A stretch of DNA of 64,000 nucleotides from an uncultured Clostridia bacterium. Its GTDB lineage: Bacteria > Bacillota > Clostridia > Christensenellales > Aristaeellaceae. The stretch lies in NCBI GenBank assembly GCA_947165425.1, contig CAMVAJ010000003.1:24824-88823 (forward strand). Direction: 5' to 3'. The translations under genes were made by a program, and so were the position numbers. Of this stretch, positions 9,325 through 20,831 are shown piece by piece. The notes below the pieces were generated by a model. The model saw nothing but the letters and a program-made list of their open reading frames with translations. It did no database searches and had not been told where the DNA came from. The stretch's first letter is position 1; each line of letters begins with the position of its first letter.

Positions 9325-10959
9325 ATGGAAAACCGGATGCCTGAGGAGGGGATGATCACCCTCCACGACGCCTGGACCCGGGATTTCCCCGAGGGGAGCC
9401 TGGGGCTGGGCCTCCTTTCGCCCAGCCGCTGCGAGGTGACGGAGGCGGCGGGCGGGGCCTACACCCTGACGCTGGAGCACCCGATGACCGCGGACGGCCG
9501 CTGGCGGGGGCTGCGCCTCTGGCGGCTCCTCCGCGTGCCGGTGCCGGCCTGCGAGACGCCCGCCATCGACATGAGCGGCGGCGTGGTGTCCGAGGGCGGG
9601 CAGATCTGGCGGGTCCAGTCCGGCGGGGCGCCGCTGTATGCGCGCACCGGGGTGGTGGGCTACACCGGCTGGGGTAGCGCCGTCGCGGGCAAGCAGTGGT
9701 TCGTGGGCGACCGCTGCACCTACAACGGCATCAACTACCGCTGCGTGGACGCCCACACCCAGGGCGGCGACTTCGAGGGGACGAGGTGGGTGGCGCTGGG
9801 GCCGGGCAGCCCGCCGGTCTCGCGGATGCTGCCGGCCTGGACGCGGCTGTACGTCTCCGCCGCGGACAGCGCATGGCTCACTGTCCGCCTGGAGGACGGC
9901 GCCCGCGGCTATGTCCGGGCGGCGGACGCGGCCTTCGTCCGGGACGCGGAGCGCACCGATCTGGAGGCCCTCTCGGTCTCGGCGCGGCGCATCCGCGCCC
10001 AGGCCTTCCGGATCACCCGGGTGGAGACGGACACGGCGGCGGGCCTGGTGCGGGTCAGCGCCCAGCACGTGAGCTACGACTACGCCTGCGGCCTGATGCA
10101 GGACTGGACGGTGCACGGGCTGCCGCTGCCGGAGGCGGCGCTGGACCTGCGGGCCATGTGTCTGCCGGACGGGGCGGCCTCCGCGCCCGCCCTCTACTGC
10201 CAGGACACCGGCGGGACCGTCAGCGCCGCCTACCTCGACTATTCCCCCGCCGGCGCGATCCTCGACCCGGAGGAGGGGCTGGTGGCGCAGGCGAGGGCGC
10301 GGCTGGTGCGGGACAACTGGGATTTCTTCCTCCTGCGCAACGACGAGCGGGCCGCGAGCCTGCATCTGGAGGAGGGGATCAACCTGCGCTCCCTCCGCCT
10401 GACCGCCGACGGGAGCGGCGTGGTGACCCGGGTCAGGCCCGTGGCGAGGGACGCGGCCGGGGCGGACCTGCCGCTGCCGGAGGGGAGCATCGATTCCGCG
10501 CACGTCGCCAGCTATCCGCTGGAGATGTGGGAGAAGCTGCGCCTGCCCCTGCGGGTGGGCCGCGCGAAGACGGACGGCTCCGGGGCGGTCTGGGGCCGGA
10601 GCGAGGTGCTGAGTCTGATGCGCGCCCGGGCCGCGGCCCGCTTCGCCCGGGACCGCGCCGACGAGCCGGAGCTGACGGCGGAGGTGACCTTCGCGCAGAC
10701 GGCGGGCCAACCGGCCCTGCGGCTGTACGACTGGGTGGCGCTCTGCGCGCCGAGCCTGGGCCTGGACGAAAAGATGCAGGTGAAGCGGCTCGTCTGGGAC
10801 GCCCTGGCGGGCCGCTGCCTGCGGGCGGAGCTGGGGGACGTCTTCGGCGGCGGGCGGGACCGGCTCGCGGGCTGGGAGATCTCGGACCGGGCCATCACGG
10901 CGCGCAAGCTCTCGCCCGCGCTGATCGAGGAGCTCAGAGAGGAGGAGACGCAAACATGA
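9325..10959 (+). CDS. Phage tail-associated protein (Tal / prophage endopeptidase tail family)
   Basis: The N-terminus ITLHD......L.....CEVTEAAGGAYTLTLEHP matches the conserved start of prophage tail endopeptidase proteins. ATG 9325 follows the Dit stop. Confidence 0.6.
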   Translation: MENRMPEEGMITLHDAWTRDFPEGSLGLGLLSPSRCEVTEAAGGAYTLTLEHPMTADGRWRGLRLWRLLRVPVPACETPAIDMSGGVVSEGGQIWRVQSGGAPLYARTGVVGYTGWGSAVAGKQWFVGDRCTYNGINYRCVDAHTQGGDFEGTRWVALGPGSPPVSRMLPAWTRLYVSAADSAWLTVRLEDGARGYVRAADAAFVRDAERTDLEALSVSARRIRAQAFRITRVETDTAAGLVRVSAQHVSYDYACGLMQDWTVHGLPLPEAALDLRAMCLPDGAASAPALYCQDTGGTVSAAYLDYSPAGAILDPEEGLVAQARARLVRDNWDFFLLRNDERAASLHLEEGINLRSLRLTADGSGVVTRVRPVARDAAGADLPLPEGSIDSAHVASYPLEMWEKLRLPLRVGRAKTDGSGAVWGRSEVLSLMRARAAARFARDRADEPELTAEVTFAQTAGQPALRLYDWVALCAPSLGLDEKMQVKRLVWDALAGRCLRAELGDVFGGGRDRLAGWEISDRAITARKLSPALIEELREEETQT

Positions 10960-11207
10960 CCCTTGGAGAATGGCTGAATGTGACCGCGACGGCGGTGTCG
11001 CTGGCGACGCTGCTGGCGGCGCTGATCCGGGACGCGAAGAAAACCGCCGCCGGGGAGGCCCGGACGGCGGCGCGGCTGGCGGCGCTCGCGAACGAGGTGG
11101 CGCAGCTGCGCCGGGAGACGCGGGGGCTGGCGGCCCGGCTGGACGCCCTCGCGCCGCTCCCGCCTTTAGGCCCCGGCGGCCGGCGCAGATGGGAGGGGCG
11201 GAGTTGA
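10956..11207 (+). CDS. Phage membrane / coiled-coil protein (XhlA- or holin-accessory-like)
   Basis: ATGA overlap with Tal. One TM helix (VTATAVSLATLLAALI) is followed by a coiled coil. It lies directly upstream of the endolysin. Confidence 0.45.
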   Translation: MTLGEWLNVTATAVSLATLLAALIRDAKKTAAGEARTAARLAALANEVAQLRRETRGLAARLDALAPLPPLGPGGRRRWEGRS

Positions 11208-11758
11208 AGCGATATCTGCCCTGCGCCGCCCGCTGGTGCGCGGACGCGGAGGAGGCGCGGGAGGCCGTCGCCGCCCACAGCCGGGCGAACCCCGGGCTGA
11301 TGACGGCGGAGACCTACCTGGCGAACCTGCGGCGCCTCGCGGCGGAGCCGGGGCTGACCTACAGGCGACTGGACTGCTCCGGCTACGCGAAGAAGGCCCG
11401 GCAGGGCCTGGGCTACCATGGGGCGACGACGAGCTTCGCCCGCCACTGCGCCTGCGCGGGGCGGATCGCCGACCTCGGCGGCCGGGACGGGCTGATCCCC
11501 GGCATGGAGCTCTACCAGGGGGAGACCGCCCCCGGGAAGCCGGGCCGGTATTACATGCGGCATATGGGCGTCTACGCGGGATGCCGGGATCTGGGCGACG
11601 GCGTGCCGCGGCCCGCGGTCTACCAGTCCTCGCCGGCCTACCCGCGCCTGAAGAAAAAGTACGAAAAGAAAAACGGCCCCAATCTGACCGCGATGTCGGA
11701 CAACTGGCGGTACTGGGGCTGGTCGAAGCATGTGCGATGGGAGGCGGTGCAGCCGTGA
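11204..11758 (+). CDS. Phage endolysin, NlpC/P60-type cysteine peptidase
   Basis: TTG start after a GGGAGGGG RBS, overlapping the previous stop. Catalytic-type LDCSGY and HMGVYAG motifs. It sits between a membrane protein and a holin. Confidence 0.6.
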   Translation: MKRYLPCAARWCADAEEAREAVAAHSRANPGLMTAETYLANLRRLAAEPGLTYRRLDCSGYAKKARQGLGYHGATTSFARHCACAGRIADLGGRDGLIPGMELYQGETAPGKPGRYYMRHMGVYAGCRDLGDGVPRPAVYQSSPAYPRLKKKYEKKNGPNLTAMSDNWRYWGWSKHVRWEAVQP

Positions 11759-12012
11759 AAATCAACTGGCGCGTGCGCCTGAGAAACAAGCCCTGGCTCG
11801 CGGCGATGGCCGCGCTGCTGATCTCCTTCGGCTACTCGCTGCTGGAGCTGCTGGGCGTGACCCCGCCGGTGGCGGAGGCGAAGGCGCTGGAGATCTGCCA
11901 GACGCTGCTGACGCTCCTCGGCCTGCTCGGCGTGGTGGTGGACCCCACCACCGCGGGCGTGGCCGACTCCCGGCTGGCGATGACCTACCGGGAGCCGTGG
12001 GAGGACGGGTGA
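11755..12012 (+). CDS. Phage holin (Phage_holin_1 / phi-LC3 family)
   Basis: KINWRVRLRNKPW start, two TM helices and a DPTTAGVADS motif typical of this holin family. GTGA overlap with the endolysin. Confidence 0.7.
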   Translation: MKINWRVRLRNKPWLAAMAALLISFGYSLLELLGVTPPVAEAKALEICQTLLTLLGLLGVVVDPTTAGVADSRLAMTYREPWEDG

Positions 12013-12062
12013 AACGGATCGTCCGCGGCAACGGTAGCAGAAAGAACCCTTGGATTTCCGGT

Positions 12063-12089
12063 CTCCCCATGGCGATGGGGAGGCTTTTT
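12063..12089 (+). terminator. Intrinsic terminator after the holin gene
   Basis: CTCCCCAT-GGCG-ATGGGGAG hairpin followed by GCTTTTT. Confidence 0.75.
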
Positions 12090-12113
12090 GAGTACAACGG
12101 GGCGGTTCGGACG

Positions 12114-12428
12114 TCATTCCAGCTTTCCCGGATAGTCCTCCAGGTCGTGGAAAACGCCCAGAATAAAGACCGTCTGCTCGTCCACGCGAAAAACGACCCG
12201 GTAGCGCATCCGCTGAAACAGCGCTTCCCTGTATCCGCGGATGAAGAGAAAACGGTCTTTGCTCTCGGCAAACTGGTAGGGATTGTCCTCCAGCCGGCTG
12301 TAGACGCGCTCAAGCTCGTCGAGAAAGTGGGAAGCGGCGTCCGGGTTTTTCAGCTGGTTGAGCAGATAGGAGACCGAGCGGTCAATCAGCTCGTCCGCCC
12401 GATCCGTGACGATCAGCTTATAAGCCAT
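12114..12428 (-). CDS. Type II toxin, RelE/ParE family
   Basis: 104-aa protein with the typical RelE/ParE layout (YRVVFRVDEQTVFILGVFH). It overlaps the upstream antitoxin gene by 11 nt. Confidence 0.8.
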   Translation of the reverse strand: MAYKLIVTDRADELIDRSVSYLLNQLKNPDAASHFLDELERVYSRLEDNPYQFAESKDRFLFIRGYREALFQRMRYRVVFRVDEQTVFILGVFHDLEDYPGKLE

Positions 12429-12678
12429 ACTTCGACCTCACAGCCTGGAGCGCCTTTTTCGCGTCCTTTGTTTTTCCCTGCGCGATCTGCTCCTCCGAGG
12501 TCTCCAGGTCGGCGTACATCTCCCATTTCCGGCGGGCCGCCTCGTAATAATCCATGCTCATCAGCACCATGTCCCCATAGCCGTTTTTGGTGATATAGAT
12601 GGGCTCGTTCAGGCTGTGACACAGATCGGAGATACCGGCCGTATTCTTCAGATCCTTGATGGGAATGATCTGTGGCAT
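12418..12678 (-). CDS. Type II antitoxin (Phd/YefM- or RelB-like)
   Basis: 86 aa with N-terminal IPIKDLKNTAGISD...EPIYITKNG, typical of Phd/YefM-type antitoxins. It is in an operon with the RelE/ParE toxin. Confidence 0.75.
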   Translation of the reverse strand: MPQIIPIKDLKNTAGISDLCHSLNEPIYITKNGYGDMVLMSMDYYEAARRKWEMYADLETSEEQIAQGKTKDAKKALQAVRSKYGL

Positions 12679-12749
12679 TCCGCATCACCCCTTTCGTTGT
12701 GGCCTTATTATACCATAATTAAGGGATTTTGCAAGGATGGCTTCCCGGG

Positions 12750-13322
12750 TTACTTTTTGCTTTGGCTGGTCAGCTGCTTCCAGCTGCTCGCCGCGTAGCT
12801 GACCAGGGCGGCGAGGTTCAGGGCGACGGAGGCCCAGAGGAGCCAGACGTCCGCCGGGAAGCCGGCCCCGGCGAGCTGGGTGTGGAAGAAGCCGAGGATC
12901 AGCGCGGCCATGAAGAAGACGGTCGCGGTCTTGCCCCAGATATTGGAGTGGACGACGACGCCCTTTTTCAGCAGCACGGCCCCGCCCGCGACCATCAGCA
13001 GCTCCTTGGCCGCGATGATCCACAGTGGGAGCGCTGGGAAGACGCCACTGACCGTGTGCAGCAGCAGGGTCACGAGCACCAGGAGCTTGTCCGCCAGGGG
13101 GTCCATCAGCTTCCCGAAATCGGTGATCTGGTTCAGCTTCCGGGCGAGATACCCGTCCAGGCAGTCCGTCAGGCTGGCCGCGCAGAAGAGCCCTAGCGCC
13201 ACCCACCGGGCCCCCGCCAGATAAGCCCATACAAAGAAGGGCACAATCACCAGCCGGAGCATGGTCAGCACGTTGGGGATCGTCCACATGTTTTTCGTCA
13301 GTCTGCGAATGGCCTCTTTCAC
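12750..13322 (-). CDS. pgsA: CDP-diacylglycerol--glycerol-3-phosphate 3-phosphatidyltransferase
   Basis: CDP-alcohol phosphatidyltransferase motif DCLDGYLARKLNQITDFGKLMDPLAD, multi-TM, 190 aa. Confidence 0.9.
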   Translation of the reverse strand: MKEAIRRLTKNMWTIPNVLTMLRLVIVPFFVWAYLAGARWVALGLFCAASLTDCLDGYLARKLNQITDFGKLMDPLADKLLVLVTLLLHTVSGVFPALPLWIIAAKELLMVAGGAVLLKKGVVVHSNIWGKTATVFFMAALILGFFHTQLAGAGFPADVWLLWASVALNLAALVSYAASSWKQLTSQSKK

Positions 13323-13493
13323 GGTTCTCCGTCTCCTCTGCCAAATGTCGGGTGCCTGTTCACGCCGCGCCGCGGCGTTTTTTCCGTGGGGGATTATAGC
13401 ACAGGGCGAGGAATTTTTACAACAAGAAAACCAAACGCGGGCGGCGTCCCTCCGCTGCCGCCGCGGCGGGCTTATTTCGCCCCGCGCAGGTTT

Positions 13494-13521
13494 TTGATTT
13501 CCGACGGAAATGTGATATAAT
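13494..13521 (+). promoter_or_regulatory. Sigma-A-type promoter for yerC-pcrA-ligA
   Basis: TTGATT, 16-nt spacer, then TGTGATATAAT (extended -10), about 65 nt upstream of the yerC start. Confidence 0.6.
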
Positions 13522-13585
13522 GGCTCGAAGGTTCGCGGGAACCTGTTTTGGAGCTATGGATAAAACGCGATAAGGCGGGATCGAT

Positions 13586-13906
13586 ATGAACGAAAACCCC
13601 ATCAAGAGCGAACAGACGGCTCTGCTGCTCCGGGCGCTGCTGGCGCTGGAGACCCCCGAGGAGGCGGCGGCTTTTTTGGAGGACCTGTGCACGATTCCGG
13701 AGATCAAGTCCCTGGCCCAGCGCCTGGCGGTGGCCTCGCGGCTGCGGGCGGGGGACCGCTATCAGGATATCGCCACCCTCACCGGGGCCTCCACCGCCAC
13801 GATCAGCCGGGTGAACCGGGCGCTGACCTACGGCGCGGACGGCTACCGCCGGGTGCTGGAGCGCCTGGAGGCGTCGGAGACGGAAAAGCGGGAAGGGGAG
13901 GAATAA
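13586..13906 (+). CDS. yerC: YerC/YecD-family TrpR-like DNA-binding protein
   Basis: LLRALLALETPEEAAAFLEDLCT..E...LAQRL.VA..L and ATGASTATISRV helix-turn-helix. It lies upstream of pcrA-ligA, as in Bacillus. Confidence 0.8.
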   Translation: MNENPIKSEQTALLLRALLALETPEEAAAFLEDLCTIPEIKSLAQRLAVASRLRAGDRYQDIATLTGASTATISRVNRALTYGADGYRRVLERLEASETEKREGEE

Positions 13907-13912
13907 GCAGCC

Positions 13913-18132
<4,220 letters not shown>

Positions 18133-18183
18133 TGTCCTGAGTGCAAACAGGACGTTCAAGTCAGAATGCTTCATGCCAGCAGA

Positions 18184-18382
18184 AGACCAGCCCCTCTGTC
18201 GCTGCGGCGCCCTGGCCTATCGGCATTCTGCGCTGAAAACATGCCGCTGGCATGTTTTCCAGGCGCTCCGAATCCCCAGCAAGCTGGGGAGATAGGGATT
18301 AAGTGCAGTAACCAAAGGACCTCCCCAGCTTGCTGGGGAGGGGGACTGCCGCCCTCCGTGGGGCGGCGGTGGAAGGGCTGGT
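18184..18382 (+). repeat. Mosaic repeat, subfamily 2, full unit with module B (copy f)
   Basis: ACCAGCCC (18186-18193) and GGGCTGGT (18375-18382) are inverted termini. It contains TGTCGCTGCGGCG, an 11-bp hairpin GAAAACATGCC/GGCATGTTTTC (18235-18259), CCTCCCCAGC/GCTGGGGAGG (18320-18341), and the CTGCCGCCC/GGGCGGCGG hairpin (18346-18369). Confidence 0.9.
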
Positions 18383-18431
18383 TATTCGATATAGCCATCG
18401 CATCTGAATGGTATAAAAGGAGCCTGAAGGC

Positions 18432-19598
18432 ATGTCTGCTTGGATTGAGGTGGATCTGGACGCGGTGACGGCGAACTACCGCACGGCCTGCGCCCTTGCC
18501 CGGGACGGGGCGGAGATCACCTGCGTGGTGAAGGCCAACGCCTACGGCCACGGGGCGGTGCCGGTGGCCCTGGCCCTGCAGCGGGCCGGGTGCCGGAGCT
18601 TCGCCGTCTCCTGCGGGCGGGAGGCCCTGGAGCTGCGCCGGGGCGGGATCGGCGGGGATATCCTCGTGATGACCCCCGCGGGGCCGGAGCTGCCGGAGTT
18701 GCTCGCCGGGGACGTGACCCTCACCGCCGCGGCGGAGGCGGATCTGCGGGCCGCGGAGGCCGTCGCCGCCCGGGCCGGGCGGACCGCCCGCGTGCAGCTG
18801 AAGCTGGACAGCGGCTTTCACCGGCTCGGCTTCCCCTGCGGGCCGGAGACCGCGGCGGCGCTCGCGGCGGCGATCCCGGCCTTCGGGCATGTCCGGGTCA
18901 CCGGGGCCTACACCCATCTGGCCCTCGCCCGGCCCGAGCTGGACGAGCGGCAGGTGGGCCGCTTCCGGGAGACCGTGGACGCGCTGGAGGCGGCGGGTGT
19001 GCCGCTGCCGGACCGCCATGTCTGCGACTCCATCGGCCTGGCACGCTATCCCCAGTGGCACATGAGCCGCTGCCGGGTGGGGGCGTTCCTCTTCGGCTCC
19101 TGCCCCCGGGACGTGCGGGCGCGGGGCATCCCCTGCCGGGAGAGCCTGCGCTTCCTCGCGCCGGTCACCCAGGTGACGGAGGTGGCCGCCGGGGAGACCG
19201 TGGGCTATGACGAGGCGCTCACCGACCGGCCCATGCGCGTGGCCACCGTCCAGGCGGGCTACGGGGACGGCTATCCCCGCTGCCTCTCCGGGGGGCGCGG
19301 ACAGGTCCTGATCCGCGGCCGGCGCTGCCCGGTGGTGGGGCTGATCTGCATGGATCAGATGATGGTGGACGTGACGGAGCTGCCGGCGTGCCGGCCGGGG
19401 GACACGGCGGTGCTGCTGGGCGGGGAGATCTCCTATGACGAGATGGCCGGCTGGGCGCATACCAACCGGAACGAGTGCCTGACGATCCTCTCCCGCCGTC
19501 CCGTGCGGAAGTATTTCAAGGGCGGCAGGCGGGTCGCCGCGTGGGATATGCTCGCGCAGGGCGGTTTCCTGCAAACAGATTACGCTTTGTCAGAATAG
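18432..19598 (+). CDS. alr: Alanine racemase
   Basis: PLP-lysine motif VVKANAYGHG, 388 aa. Confidence 0.9.
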   Translation: MSAWIEVDLDAVTANYRTACALARDGAEITCVVKANAYGHGAVPVALALQRAGCRSFAVSCGREALELRRGGIGGDILVMTPAGPELPELLAGDVTLTAAAEADLRAAEAVAARAGRTARVQLKLDSGFHRLGFPCGPETAAALAAAIPAFGHVRVTGAYTHLALARPELDERQVGRFRETVDALEAAGVPLPDRHVCDSIGLARYPQWHMSRCRVGAFLFGSCPRDVRARGIPCRESLRFLAPVTQVTEVAAGETVGYDEALTDRPMRVATVQAGYGDGYPRCLSGGRGQVLIRGRRCPVVGLICMDQMMVDVTELPACRPGDTAVLLGGEISYDEMAGWAHTNRNECLTILSRRPVRKYFKGGRRVAAWDMLAQGGFLQTDYALSE

Positions 19599-19649
19599 AT
19601 ATCTCTGTACTGTGTATGATTATTTCAGCCCCGAGGAGGCGAACGACGA

Positions 19650-20831
19650 ATGGATCTGACCCGGCTGAGGGAGACGATCGAACCCCTGCTGCCCCATGCG
19701 GTGGCGCTGCGGCGGGAATTCCACGCCCACCCGGAGCGCTCCGGAGAGGAGCGCGAGACCCGGGCGCGCGTCGTCCGGGAGCTGACAGCCCTGGGCATCG
19801 AGGTTCATCTCTTTGAGGACTGCCAGAGCGTGATGGGCGTTATGCGCAGCGGGGAGGGCCCCTGCGTGGCGATCCGGGCCGACATGGACGCCCTGCCCAT
19901 CGCCGAAGAGACCGGGCTGCCCTTCGCCTCGGAGAACCCGGGCGTGATGCACGCCTGCGGCCACGACGTCCACCTGGCGCTGGCGCTGGGCTCGGCGGCC
20001 TGGTTCAGCGCGCACCGGGACAGCTGGCACGGGACGGTCAAGTGGCTCTTCGAGTCCGAGGAGGAGACCGTGGGCGGCGGCCAGCGCATGGTGGCGCAGG
20101 GCTGCATGCGGAACCCGCCCGTGGACGCGGTGCTCGGCCAGCATATGAACCCGAACTACCCCACCGGCACCTTCTACGCCCGGCCCGGCTTCACCAGCGG
20201 CTCCAGCGACGAGCTGTGCCTGACGGTCACCGGCTCCGCCTGCCACGGCGCCTACCCCCAGCGGGGCGTGGACGCCATCGTGGTGACGGCCCAGGTGGTC
20301 AGCGCCCTGCAGACGCTGATCAGCCGCAGCATCTCCCCCTTCGAGCCGGCGGTGCTGACCTTCGGCGTGATCCGAGGCGGCACGGCGGAGAACATCGTCT
20401 GCGGCGAGGTGACGCTACGCGGCACGCTGCGCACCCTGACGCCGGAGACGGAGACCTTCCTGCTGGAGCGGATCCGGCGGACGGCGGAGGGCGTCGCGGC
20501 GGCGATGGGCGCGCGGGCGGCGCTCGAGGTCTTCCCCAGCTACCGGCCGGTCTACAACGAGCCCGCGCTCTATGAGACCGTGGCGGCCCAGGCGGAGCGC
20601 ATCTTGGGCCGGGAGCGGATGGTGCTCCAGCCGGCCCCGAGCCTCGGGGTGGAGAGCTTCTCCTACTTCCTGAAGGAGACCCCTGGCGTCTACTACGATC
20701 TGGGCTGCGGCGTGGGCACGGCCCTGCACACCCCCACCTTCCACGTGGACGAGGCGGTGATCCCCCTGGGGATCGAGATGCAGGTCGCGTGCGTGCTGCA
20801 GCTGTTGGAACGGAGCGCTGATACGCCATGA
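19650..20831 (+). CDS. M20D-family amidohydrolase (N-acyl-amino-acid / hippurate hydrolase type)
   Basis: MHACGHDVH metal-binding motif and the overall M20 layout. Confidence 0.8.
   Translation: MDLTRLRETIEPLLPHAVALRREFHAHPERSGEERETRARVVRELTALGIEVHLFEDCQSVMGVMRSGEGPCVAIRADMDALPIAEETGLPFASENPGVMHACGHDVHLALALGSAAWFSAHRDSWHGTVKWLFESEEETVGGGQRMVAQGCMRNPPVDAVLGQHMNPNYPTGTFYARPGFTSGSSDELCLTVTGSACHGAYPQRGVDAIVVTAQVVSALQTLISRSISPFEPAVLTFGVIRGGTAENIVCGEVTLRGTLRTLTPETETFLLERIRRTAEGVAAAMGARAALEVFPSYRPVYNEPALYETVAAQAERILGRERMVLQPAPSLGVESFSYFLKETPGVYYDLGCGVGTALHTPTFHVDEAVIPLGIEMQVACVLQLLERSADTP

Larger units (their letters stand above)
6457..12012 (+). mobile_element. Cryptic prophage remnant (scaffold-capsid plus Dit-Tal-lysis modules only)
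   Basis: Co-oriented, translationally coupled phage genes. No terminase, portal, tail tube, tape measure, integrase or repressor is present. Confidence 0.75.

Noticed and set aside
13361-13385. Hairpin plus T-run (CACGCCGCGCCGCGGCGTTTTTT) on the + strand upstream of pgsA
   Set aside because: It looks like a terminator, but no + strand gene precedes it, because pgsA is divergent. It may be an antisense or insulating structure. There is too little context to call a feature.
18166-18468. Short ORFs lying inside mosaic repeats (for example 18166-18468, 49612-49881, 54913-55197, 4735-4935, 6281-6541, 33154-33459, 25037-25702)
   Set aside because: The same peptide fragments recur wherever the repeat recurs, and in both orientations. 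They have no RBS. The open frames are explained by the GC-rich palindromic DNA, so they are treated as repeat-derived and not coding.
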